Below, piece by piece: positions 38,443 through 47,138 of a stretch of 64,000 nt of DNA. Source of the stretch: a virus. Within the stretch, counting starts at the first letter, position 1, and each line of letters starts with the position of its first letter. The stretch lies in UHGV virus genome UHGV-0020956. One strand, given 5' to 3'. Under the pieces are notes generated by a model. That model was not told the DNA's origin, made no database searches, and worked only from the letters and a program-made list of their open reading frames with translations. Position numbers and translations under genes: made by a program.

Positions 38443-39030
38443 ATGTCAAACTGTTATAATCTGGATGGAATTAAAAAGGATATTGAAAAGGAAATCGACC
38501 GTTATCAGTGCATGAAAAAAGAATGGGAAAGCGTAAAGTTTCCAACAAAGAAAAATGGTGAACCTTTTTCAATTATGAGCAAAAACTTTGAAAATGCTAC
38601 TTATATGGGTAGCACATACTTAGAACAGGGATACAAAGGTAAAGTATTAAATCCAACTTTGAAAGTTTGCTTTATCACTAACTTATCTGGTTATCACAAA
38701 GACGAATTGTATTTATATAAATACACAAAATACATGGATAAAAATGAATTTGTTGATAAAAGAGAAAAAAATACTTTTAATGGTATTTATATTTATGACT
38801 TAGAAGATATTAAGCAGGCTGTAAATGATAGAATTGAATATCTTGAAAAATATATCAATTCTTTAAAAAGACAACTGGAAATTGCTGATAAAGCGTATGT
38901 CACTTTCAGAAAAGCCTATGAAGATGCAATGTTGATTCTGAATACTGTTACAAATACGAAAAAAGATGAATACAGTTATTTAAAATCTGCTATCTTGGAT
39001 ACAATAAAAAATCGTTATCCATATTGCTAA
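38443..39030 (+). CDS. hypothetical protein
   Basis: 195 aa ORF with RBS aaaggagaatgaattATG. Confidence 0.5.
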   Translation: MSNCYNLDGIKKDIEKEIDRYQCMKKEWESVKFPTKKNGEPFSIMSKNFENATYMGSTYLEQGYKGKVLNPTLKVCFITNLSGYHKDELYLYKYTKYMDKNEFVDKREKNTFNGIYIYDLEDIKQAVNDRIEYLEKYINSLKRQLEIADKAYVTFRKAYEDAMLILNTVTNTKKDEYSYLKSAILDTIKNRYPYC

Positions 39031-39105
39031 AAAATTACATAGCGCAGAGGGAAAAATTTCCTCTGCCATATGTAAAAAATCAGAAAAGGAAAAGGAAAAT
39101 AGAAA

Positions 39106-39411
39106 ATGGATTTTAAAAATATTACAGTTAAAAGTCATAATCTTACAAATAACCAGATTGTAACAGAAGTTAAGACAGTAGGTGATAAAACGTTAGCTTA
39201 TTTTTTTAGTAGTTACGATTCTACAATATGTAAGCTAGACATTATAAACAATGTCATTTACGTTCACAAAAACTGGAATTTTTCAACAACAACAACAAAG
39301 TGGTTTAATAAATTCCTTTCTACTGTTCTGGAAGAAGAAATCAAGTTTAAAGGACAGAAAGAAATCAAAACAAAAAATAATACTTTTACAGTAATAATGC
39401 TTGACAAATAG
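39106..39411 (+). CDS. hypothetical protein
   Basis: 101 aa ORF with RBS. Confidence 0.45.
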   Translation: MDFKNITVKSHNLTNNQIVTEVKTVGDKTLAYFFSSYDSTICKLDIINNVIYVHKNWNFSTTTTKWFNKFLSTVLEEEIKFKGQKEIKTKNNTFTVIMLDK

Positions 39412-39474
39412 TGAAAAATGCTATATAATCTATTACAGAAGTAAAGAAAAACATTCATAGAAAAGGAGAAAATT

Positions 39475-40755
39475 ATGTATACTATCACAAATACACAGTG
39501 GTCTTTTAAGAAAGTTGCAGAGGAAATGAAAAAAGGAACTATTGATTTTAAGTGTGGTGGTGCGCAAAGAGGATTTGTTTGGGATAAAGCAAGACAGTCT
39601 TTGTTTGTACATTCTGGACTTAAAGGAGATCTTATTCCTTGTTTGTATATTCGTAGAATTATTGAGAAGGAAGTTGAACAGTGTGAGGAAGCCATCAAAG
39701 AAGTAAAAAAAGTAAAATATGTTTTTGAAACGAGGGACGGAAAACAAAGATGTACTACGATTTTAAAGTTTATTAATAATGAGTTTAAAACTTCTGGTAT
39801 TCCAGAGTATGAAGAAGGGGACAAACTTGATTATAGAATTGAACGCAACGGTGAACTTGTAAGCCCCAACGGTATTGGTTTTGAGGATTTAACAGAAGAT
39901 GAAAAATTGGACTTTTTAACGCGTTCTATTACTGTTTATTATATCGACAACGCAACGGACGCAGAAGCAGATATGATTTTCCTTAAGTTAAACAATGGAA
40001 AAGCATTGACTACCGCAGAAAGGAACAGAGCAGAAGCAAAGTCAAGAGGTGAAATCATTGATATTGCGAACCATGATATTTTTAAGCTGATGTTTAGCGA
40101 AAAAACGTTAGATAATAACGCATTTGATACCGTTGTAAAATCTTATATTATGTTAAATAATGATAATCCGTCACTGCTCAATAAGGACGTTAAACCGTTA
40201 ATGAAATCTATTGATATTACAGAAGCGGATAAAAAGGAGTTAAATGATATTTTTGATTATATTTTAGAAACTCACAACGTTCTGGAAAGTAAGAAAGTTA
40301 AAAAAAGAATTATTGGAAAGACAAGTTTCTTATCTTTAATTCCAGTTGCAGAACAGGCGTTAAATGATGGAAAGATTGCAGAAGAATTTGCAAGTTTTCT
40401 TGACAAGTTTTTCTCTGGAAAGACAACTAAAGAGCCAACAATCAGTACAACTTATAACGAAAACTTCTTTGATTCTTCCGCAAGCAGAATGAAGATTAGA
40501 TTAAGACACAACGCACTTATGAACGAATACGAAAGATTTTTCAATGGTGAAATTGAAAACGTATACAGTGAAAATGCTGAAGATTTACAGGAAGAAATTG
40601 ACGAAGCAGAAACCGTGGCAGAATACATTGATATTGACGAATTGAGTAAACCAGATGAAGAAGTGCAGACAGAGGAAAACAAAACAGATGAGCAGATAGA
40701 AGAAGCTACAGAACAGGAAACATCTGTAGAAGAAGCAGAAACAGAAGTATTTTAG
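39475..40755 (+). CDS. DUF262 (ParB-like nuclease/NTPase domain, GmrSD N-terminal type) protein with acidic C-terminal tail
   Basis: 426 aa; GGAQRGFVWD and DGKQRCTT correspond to the (I)xFQR..VW and DGQQR signatures of DUF262; C-terminus EEVQTEENKTDEQIEEATEQETSVEEAETEVF. Confidence 0.65.
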   Translation: MYTITNTQWSFKKVAEEMKKGTIDFKCGGAQRGFVWDKARQSLFVHSGLKGDLIPCLYIRRIIEKEVEQCEEAIKEVKKVKYVFETRDGKQRCTTILKFINNEFKTSGIPEYEEGDKLDYRIERNGELVSPNGIGFEDLTEDEKLDFLTRSITVYYIDNATDAEADMIFLKLNNGKALTTAERNRAEAKSRGEIIDIANHDIFKLMFSEKTLDNNAFDTVVKSYIMLNNDNPSLLNKDVKPLMKSIDITEADKKELNDIFDYILETHNVLESKKVKKRIIGKTSFLSLIPVAEQALNDGKIAEEFASFLDKFFSGKTTKEPTISTTYNENFFDSSASRMKIRLRHNALMNEYERFFNGEIENVYSENAEDLQEEIDEAETVAEYIDIDELSKPDEEVQTEENKTDEQIEEATEQETSVEEAETEVF

Positions 40756-40843
40756 TTAAGATTGAAAAGAGATTGAAAAGAGCGTGTATAAAAGCACGTT
40801 CTTTTTTTACTGTAAAAAATATAAAAAAGTATAAATAAACTAT

Positions 40844-40880
40844 TGACATATCAATGTTTATATGGTATATTATAACCATA
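40844..40880 (+). promoter_or_regulatory. conserved promoter copy 2
   Basis: ttgacatatcaatgtttatatggtatattataaccata. Confidence 0.6.
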
Positions 40881-40907
40881 GAAATTAAAGCAAAGGAGAA
40901 CAAATAC

Positions 40908-41198
40908 ATGAGAAAAATTTTATTAACAATTTTGGGAACAGCAGGGTTTATTGGATTATTCGCTTTCTGCTGTACACTTGCAAACAGAACAGAAGTAATG
41001 ACTTGTGTTTCTTGTACAGGTAATGACATTGTATCAACGTTTGAAGATGCAGACGGTAACTTGTGGGAGTATGAACATTACTACGCAGTTGTTGGTGATG
41101 ATTACAAGGTTACAATGCACGATAACGATACAATCAATATTTATGATGATTTTATTGTTAAAGTTGTGCCAAATAAAAGGAGAAAAAGTTATGTATAA
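40908..41198 (+). CDS. small secreted/lipoprotein-like protein
   Basis: RBS aaaggagaacaaatacATG; MRKILLTILGTAGFIGLFAFCC signal-like N-terminus. Confidence 0.45.
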   Translation: MRKILLTILGTAGFIGLFAFCCTLANRTEVMTCVSCTGNDIVSTFEDADGNLWEYEHYYAVVGDDYKVTMHDNDTINIYDDFIVKVVPNKRRKSYV

Positions 41199-41373
41199 AA
41201 AAATTAACGTTTTTTTAAATGGAAATTATCTTTTTAGTACCAATAAATTTAAACGTTGCAAAGACGTTATAAACCACATTAGAGCAGTAAAGCATATATG
41301 TATTGCTAGTATTCCAGACAAGTATATTACTGTTTATGATTATGATAAGTTAGTGGCAAAGTTTGAAAAATAA
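41191..41373 (+). CDS. hypothetical small protein (61 aa)
   Basis: RBS aaaaggagaaaaagttATG overlapping previous gene stop. Confidence 0.4.
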   Translation: MYKKINVFLNGNYLFSTNKFKRCKDVINHIRAVKHICIASIPDKYITVYDYDKLVAKFEK

Positions 41374-41394
41374 TCAAAAAGTTATAATATACCA

Positions 41395-41441
41395 TTGACA
41401 AAGTTGTAAATCAGTGGTATATTATAACCATAAAAACAAGT
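41395..41441 (+). promoter_or_regulatory. conserved promoter copy 3
   Basis: ttgacaaagttgtaaatcagtggtatattataaccat. Confidence 0.6.
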
Positions 41442-41476
41442 ACAAATGATAACAAATAGTAAAGGAGAAAATAAAA

Positions 41477-41785
41477 ATGAAAAACGAAAAGATTCTGGAA
41501 ATGTTAAACAATGGTGAAATTGAGGAACTGAAAAAAGCAATCTCAGAGGAAATTTATAATGATTCTCTGGATAAAAATAGCAATGCAAAATCCAGATATA
41601 AAGCAATGAAGGATTTTTATAAATTTCCTAGTAATAAGACAGATACTAGGCTTTTAAAACCTTGTAAAAAGTCGATTAGAGGACAGCTTTATAATTGCTT
41701 TCTTAGCCCAGACATTCTGGTATGTAGTAAAGAAAGCACTGGAAATATTGAACTTTTTAACGAAAAAGAAGAAAGTAGAGAATAG
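41477..41785 (+). CDS. hypothetical protein; in-frame TAG followed by 112 further sense codons (to 42141)
   Basis: 102 aa to TAG at 41783; same frame stays open with no plausible restart codon/RBS until TAA at ~42139. Confidence 0.45.
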   Translation: MKNEKILEMLNNGEIEELKKAISEEIYNDSLDKNSNAKSRYKAMKDFYKFPSNKTDTRLLKPCKKSIRGQLYNCFLSPDILVCSKESTGNIELFNEKEESRE

Positions 41786-42163
41786 TTTAATCCAGAAAAA
41801 TTAATTGACGCAAGTAATTTTGAAATCGTTGAAAACATTGATTTTAATGATATTCTTTCAGAAGCTAAAAGTAAAGGTTTTAAACCAGTAAAAAAGGAAA
41901 TTAAATACGGAGAATGTGCCAAGTATTATTTACATTTCAGAAACGCCTACTATAAGATAGGGCTTCTGAATAAAGGTTATAGCATTATAGATGGTGGAAA
42001 GTATCAAGAAGTATTCTATAGAGGAAGTACAACTCCATTATTTATTTACAACTCTTTGGGAATAGTGATGTTGCTACCAGTAAGAATCAACATAGCTTTA
42101 AAGGATGCCGAAGATAAAAACTTTGTATACGTTGAAAGATAAAAGAAAAGAGGATAAAAGACA

Positions 42164-42412
42164 ATGGCAGTATTAAAAAATGACGAATTGGAAACAATGA
42201 ACAGAATCAATAACATTTTAAATTTAACAACTTATGAAAGTGCTGTATTTTATGAAAATCTCACAGAAGAACAGAAAACAGATATTGTAAAGTTTGCTAG
42301 ACTTATAGGTAAACTGGAAAATGATAGGGATATGCAAAGAGTGCGTACTAAATTAGCGAACAGGAAAAAACGAAAAATCAACAAAGATTATGGAAGAAGA
42401 AAGCAAGCATAA
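42164..42412 (+). CDS. hypothetical small basic protein
   Basis: 82 aa; followed by terminator aagcaagcataacgcttgctttt+T-run. Confidence 0.45.
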   Translation: MAVLKNDELETMNRINNILNLTTYESAVFYENLTEEQKTDIVKFARLIGKLENDRDMQRVRTKLANRKKRKINKDYGRRKQA

Positions 42413-42653
42413 CGCTTGCTTTTCTTTTTTTGACTGCGTACAAACTAAAATAACAGGGTTTAAGCTTTAAGGGATAATGTATCATGTAATGAATTAAAAT
42501 TGCTTGTAGTGGCTTGTAGTGCGTTGTAGCCGTATTCCAGATCGGGTTTATCCGATTATCCGGTTAAGTTGTCCGGTTTATCTGTATCCGGTTATCCGGT
42601 GTTAGCTGTTTTTATAATCATAATAAAAATCATTGCATTTTTTAAAATAACTA

Positions 42654-42682
42654 TTGACAAAGTATATGAAAAGTATTATAAT
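42654..42682 (+). promoter_or_regulatory. promoter (TTGACA-17-TATAAT) driving conserved short leader/sRNA candidate
   Basis: ttgacaaagtatatgaaaagtattataat. Confidence 0.5.
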
Positions 42683-42895
42683 TAAGATAGTTAAAAAAGA
42701 ATAGTTGTGGTGGAGAGTCCTAGCCCAGATATAGGAAAAACACGGAAGTTGCAATTTTTTAAATGTCAGAATATTTAAAAGAAATTGTAGAAAAGTGATA
42801 CAATTTAATTTTAAAATAATGCTTGATTTAATAGGGAAAAGTGGTATAATTAAACCATAGTTAAATAACATATAAAAACAAAGGAGAATAAAAAC

Positions 42896-43729
42896 ATGGC
42901 AAAAAATGTATATGAAATGGTAACAGATAGAATTATTGAAGAATTAGAAAAAGGCGTTATTCCTTGGAAAAAACCTTGGAAAAGTATTTCCAACGGAGCA
43001 TATAACAGAGTAAGTAAAAAACCTTATAGTTTACTTAATCAGCTTATGCTAAAGCATGAAGGAGAATATGCAACTTTTAAACAGTGGCAGGAAATGGGCG
43101 GAAAAATCAAAAAAGGAGCAAAGTCTGAATTTGTAGTGTTCTGGAAAATGTTAGCAGTTGAAGAAGAAAAAGACGGTGCTACTATTACAAAGACAATACC
43201 AATGTTACGGTATTACAACGTATTCCACATTTCACAGGTTGAAGGCGTTGAACCTTTGGAAACTGTAGAAGCTACACACAATGAACCAATAGAAGAAGCC
43301 GAAAAAGTGAAAAATGGTTATAGCACTAGGGAAAATATCCAGATCATAGAAGAAGTCGGAAATAAAGCATTTTATAGTCTTAGTGGGGATTATATCTGTA
43401 TCCCGTGTAAGGAGCAGTTTGAAAAAATCAATGAATACTACAGCACTGCCTTTCATGAAATGGTTCATAGTACTGGACACAAGAAAAGACTTGATAGATT
43501 AGTTAATGCCAAGTTTGGAAGTGAAAAGTACAGCAAAGAAGAACTGGTAGCAGAAATAGGTTCGGCAATGATTTTAAACGAACTGGGAATTGAAACATCA
43601 GATACATTTGAAAACTCTACAGCTTATATTCAGAGTTGGTTACAAGTTTTAAAAAATGATAGTAAGTTTATTGTTAGTGCTTCTGGAAAAGCAGAAAAAG
43701 CAGTAAAGTATATCTTAGGAATTGAATAA
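42896..43729 (+). CDS. ardC: ArdC-like antirestriction protein (N-terminal ssDNA-binding domain plus zincin-like metalloprotease domain)
   Basis: N-terminus VYEMVTDRIIEELEKGVIPWKKPW is the ArdC-N signature; C-terminal HEMVHSTGH HExxH motif. Confidence 0.8.
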   Translation: MAKNVYEMVTDRIIEELEKGVIPWKKPWKSISNGAYNRVSKKPYSLLNQLMLKHEGEYATFKQWQEMGGKIKKGAKSEFVVFWKMLAVEEEKDGATITKTIPMLRYYNVFHISQVEGVEPLETVEATHNEPIEEAEKVKNGYSTRENIQIIEEVGNKAFYSLSGDYICIPCKEQFEKINEYYSTAFHEMVHSTGHKKRLDRLVNAKFGSEKYSKEELVAEIGSAMILNELGIETSDTFENSTAYIQSWLQVLKNDSKFIVSASGKAEKAVKYILGIE

Positions 43730-43740
43730 AGCACAGGATA

Positions 43741-43770
43741 AAAGGACTTGAAAAAGTCCTTTTATTTTTT
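43741..43770 (+). terminator. rho-independent terminator
   Basis: aaaggacttgaaaaagtcctttt + T-run. Confidence 0.7.
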
Positions 43771-43790
43771 GAAAAATATTATATAAACCA

Positions 43791-43827
43791 TTGACAAAAC
43801 TATGATACTATGGTATACTTAAACCAT
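43791..43827 (+). promoter_or_regulatory. conserved promoter copy 4 (variant -10 palindrome tatggtatacttaaaccat)
   Basis: ttgacaaaactatgatactatggtatacttaaaccat. Confidence 0.55.
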
Positions 43828-44022
43828 ACAAAAGATGTGGGGAATCCTAGCAGAGAAATGGCAGAAGATAGGGCAAACAGCCAAGATGCAATTTTTTAGC
43901 TGCCTGATAATTCTAATGTTTTCTTATAATATTCTAAACATTTATCTGTGATATTCCATTGACTTTTATATATAAATTTGCTATAGTATGTATGATTATA
44001 AACGGAAGGAAGTGAAAAAAAT

Positions 44023-44172
44023 GTACTTTACAAAGGACTACAGACAGCTTGATACTGTAGCATTACACTTGATGTATAACAAAGATAAGAAGCAATACAA
44101 GACAGTACACAGTTTCAAACAATGGCTAAACAAGTCTTTATTGACTGGAAGTATTAAACAGCTGTAACAAGG
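44023..44172 (+). CDS. small protein (49 aa) not in ORF track
   Basis: promoter TTGACT-17-TATAGT at ~43967; RBS ggaagtgaaaaaaATG; terminator at ~44200-44250. Confidence 0.4.
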
Positions 44173-44900
44173 TTTACAATCGCATATAAAGCCGATATAA
44201 AGCGAATAAAGCATAGGCATAAGCAGAGGAAAAATCTTCTGTTTATGCCTATTTTTTATTTCAGAAAAATCAGATACAGAAGTGATCGGAGTTGTCCAGA
44301 ATAAACCTATTTAATTAGTATGAATTGCTACAAGCTAAAATTAGCCGTTTTAATGTGTCAATGGTAACTAATTCAAGTAAACGTGTAAAATGCCTAGAAA
44401 CGGCTTGTAATGCGTTATAACATGGTTTAAATGGTTCTCAAGCTGTCTGGAAAGCTGAAAACTACAGATTATCCGGTGTTGTGTTATCCGGTTTACTGTA
44501 TGAGATTTTTCCGGTAAATAAAAAATAGCGTTTAATTTTGAAATCTTTAAAGGAAATTTGAACAGAATTGTTGAATTGTTTGAAACAATTTACAATCGAA
44601 CAAGTGTTTGGGAATTATCTTTCAGAATTTTCTGAATTTTCCCAAGGGTAAGAAATTTCCCCAGAATATGTGAGAATGATTTTCTCCGCGGAACTGGTGG
44701 GGATTTTCGTTTTGGTAATAGCGAGATTTAAAAATTTCCCCACGGAGTTTTAAAATTGTTTTTATTTTTTTCTTTTGTTTTTTTATTGTTTAAACATTTT
44801 CTTTTATAATCTTTATCTTATCTATTGACAAAACCAAATGTTTATGTTATTCTTTTATATAGAAATCATTAGTGCATAACGAAAGGAGAAAAATTTTTTT

Positions 44901-45437
44901 ATGAAGATGGAAATAGTTCTTACCGAAGAAGAAGTTAAAAATTTGTGCGCCACTGATATAGATGAAATCGAAAACGATAAATTCAATAAGTGTAATTATT
45001 GTGGTGAATTTAATTCATTTTTAAAACATACGTTTTTTATGAACGGTAAAGAAAAATTTAACACTTGCGAAAGTTGTGATAAAAATTTTGAAGCAAAATT
45101 TTATGTAGAAAAAGAACTTTCTAAAAAAGAATATTTCCGTAAATTTATTGAAGAACCTTTTAATAAAGATATTTGCGATTCCAAAGCAAAGATTCTGAAT
45201 GGCGGTGTTATATTTATTGATGAAACAAATCCAGACAAAGAATTAAGATATTTTATTAAGCAAGCTATCAATCCAGAAGTAATGTTTGAAGGAAATTTTA
45301 AAGATTTTAAATTTGAAGAGCAACTTGATAAGACTTTAGACCTTACTGAAACAGTTAAAAAAGATGGTGTATATATACTGAAAGCATATTATAAAGTATA
45401 TAAGACATCAGAAAATCCAAAACGGTTTTTAATATAG
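44901..45437 (+). CDS. hypothetical Zn-ribbon protein
   Basis: 178 aa; CNYCGE...CESCDK. Confidence 0.45.
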   Translation: MKMEIVLTEEEVKNLCATDIDEIENDKFNKCNYCGEFNSFLKHTFFMNGKEKFNTCESCDKNFEAKFYVEKELSKKEYFRKFIEEPFNKDICDSKAKILNGGVIFIDETNPDKELRYFIKQAINPEVMFEGNFKDFKFEEQLDKTLDLTETVKKDGVYILKAYYKVYKTSENPKRFLI

Positions 45438-45442
45438 AAAGT

Positions 45443-46036
45443 ATGAAAGGATTTAGAAAAGTGGAAACTACCCCCTCTATTGACAGAAAGAAATTAGCAG
45501 AAGAAAACCACAAACTTATCTATTGGTTTTGTTGGAAAAACCATTTAGATTTAGAAGAGTGGTATGATATAATTGCTATTGGATATATGAAAGGTATTAA
45601 TTCTTATGATGAAACAAAAGGCGTTAAATTAAGCACTTACTTAATTAGGATAATGAAAAATGAATATCTATTAGTATTAAAAAACAAAAAATATGCTAAA
45701 TATATTCCAGATGAAGAAATTTTATCTTTGGATTTTGAATATAAATTTGATAAAGATAAAGAGAGTTATAGTATTTTAGATTTCGTTGTGAATGAAAATT
45801 CGTTTTTTGAAAATGATGTTTGTTTTAAGATTGATATTAAAAAAGCGTTTAGTGAACTGAAAATCTCAAAGCGTAATTATGAAATTTTCATACAGAGATT
45901 ACAAGGTGACACATTAGAGAAAATAGCTTCTGATTTTGGAATAACAAGAGAAAGAGTTAGAATGATATGTAAAGATGTAGGGAAAAAATTAAAACATAAA
46001 TTAGATGAAAATGGAGTGAATTATTTTGAAAACTAA
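45443..46036 (+). CDS. RNA polymerase sigma factor (sigma-70 family, regions 2 and 4)
   Basis: region 2-like ENHKLIYWFCWKN...GYMKGINSYDETKGVKLSTYLIRIMKNEYL; region 4 HTH TLEKIASDFGITRERVRMICKDVGKKLKHKL. Confidence 0.65.
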   Translation: MKGFRKVETTPSIDRKKLAEENHKLIYWFCWKNHLDLEEWYDIIAIGYMKGINSYDETKGVKLSTYLIRIMKNEYLLVLKNKKYAKYIPDEEILSLDFEYKFDKDKESYSILDFVVNENSFFENDVCFKIDIKKAFSELKISKRNYEIFIQRLQGDTLEKIASDFGITRERVRMICKDVGKKLKHKLDENGVNYFEN

Positions 46037-46472
46037 AAAAAGACCTTTGAATTTTGATAGTGCTGATGAATATTTAAGTTATAAACGTAGACTATTAGAT
46101 GAAAAAGATGAAGAAGAGCAAAAAAAGAATCCGACTTTTAATGTTTATTCTTTTTATTTTAGTTATCTTGATAGTGAAACCAATCGTAGGCGAGTAGCGA
46201 AACCTATTAATATTGCCGCTGAAACTCAATATGAAGCAGAACAGATATTTGAAATCTGGGCTGAATTTCACACCATAAGAAACGTAAGTTTTAGAAATAT
46301 CACAGAAGTATTTTGGGTGACACGTAGTTCTGATACAGCAAGTCAGAATATTAATTTTGCTTACGATTATAGCAAAAAAGAAATCACAGAGGTTTATCAA
46401 GATGATTATTTAGAATGGTACTGGAACCATGTAGACACTTGGAATACGGAGGGTAATAAATTTGGCAAGTAG
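46026..46472 (+). CDS. hypothetical protein
   Basis: 148 aa ORF overlapping sigma gene stop. Confidence 0.45.
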   Translation: MKTKKRPLNFDSADEYLSYKRRLLDEKDEEEQKKNPTFNVYSFYFSYLDSETNRRRVAKPINIAAETQYEAEQIFEIWAEFHTIRNVSFRNITEVFWVTRSSDTASQNINFAYDYSKKEITEVYQDDYLEWYWNHVDTWNTEGNKFGK

Positions 46473-47037
46473 AGCATTAATGGCTAGACGTAAAGCAAAC
46501 AAGAAACGTAGTGAAACAATGAAAAAGAATAGGAAATATACAGTAGACGTTAATAGACGTATCGTACTCTTTTCTACTTATCTGTATCCTAATCTTTTAT
46601 GCTTTGTTTTAAAGTCAAAGAAGTATGATGATACACATTTACTGTTAAAAGTGGCAACACTTAACTCAGATTATAGTGTTAAACTTGATGAAGAAGTAAA
46701 AGATTTAATTGTGGAAACAGAAAAAATAAAAGTCCTCTGGCAAGGTGAAGCTAAATTAGCAAGGGAAAAATTAGACAAGATATTTAGATATGTTGAAGAT
46801 ATAACTTATAAAGAAAAGGCAGAAGCTAGACGAAAGATGATGAAACGTCTGAATAATTTATACTGCCCTAAGTGTGGCAAGCGTAGAGTATCTATTACTT
46901 ATCCAATGTATAATAATGCTTATCTTCATTGCAAGATTTGTGACTATGATATTACTAGGATATTTATTGCAGAAATTCCTTTAATTAGAGAATTTCTTGA
47001 AAGAAATAAAGATAAGAAAGATAAAAAATGTTTTTAA
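46462..47037 (+). CDS. hypothetical Zn-ribbon protein
   Basis: 191 aa; CPKCGKR...CKICDYD. Confidence 0.45.
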   Translation: MASRALMARRKANKKRSETMKKNRKYTVDVNRRIVLFSTYLYPNLLCFVLKSKKYDDTHLLLKVATLNSDYSVKLDEEVKDLIVETEKIKVLWQGEAKLAREKLDKIFRYVEDITYKEKAEARRKMMKRLNNLYCPKCGKRRVSITYPMYNNAYLHCKICDYDITRIFIAEIPLIREFLERNKDKKDKKCF

Positions 47038-47078
47038 CAAAAATGTAATACTTTTTATAAGAAAATGTAGCATAGGTA

Positions 47079-47107
47079 TTGACAAAAATCAGTATCTATG
47101 CTATTAT
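47079..47107 (+). promoter_or_regulatory. promoter TTGACA-17-TATTAT upstream of recombinase gene
   Basis: ttgacaaaaatcagtatctatgctattat. Confidence 0.45.
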
Positions 47108-47138
47108 TTATGTATAAAAACAAAGGAGAATAAAAGTT

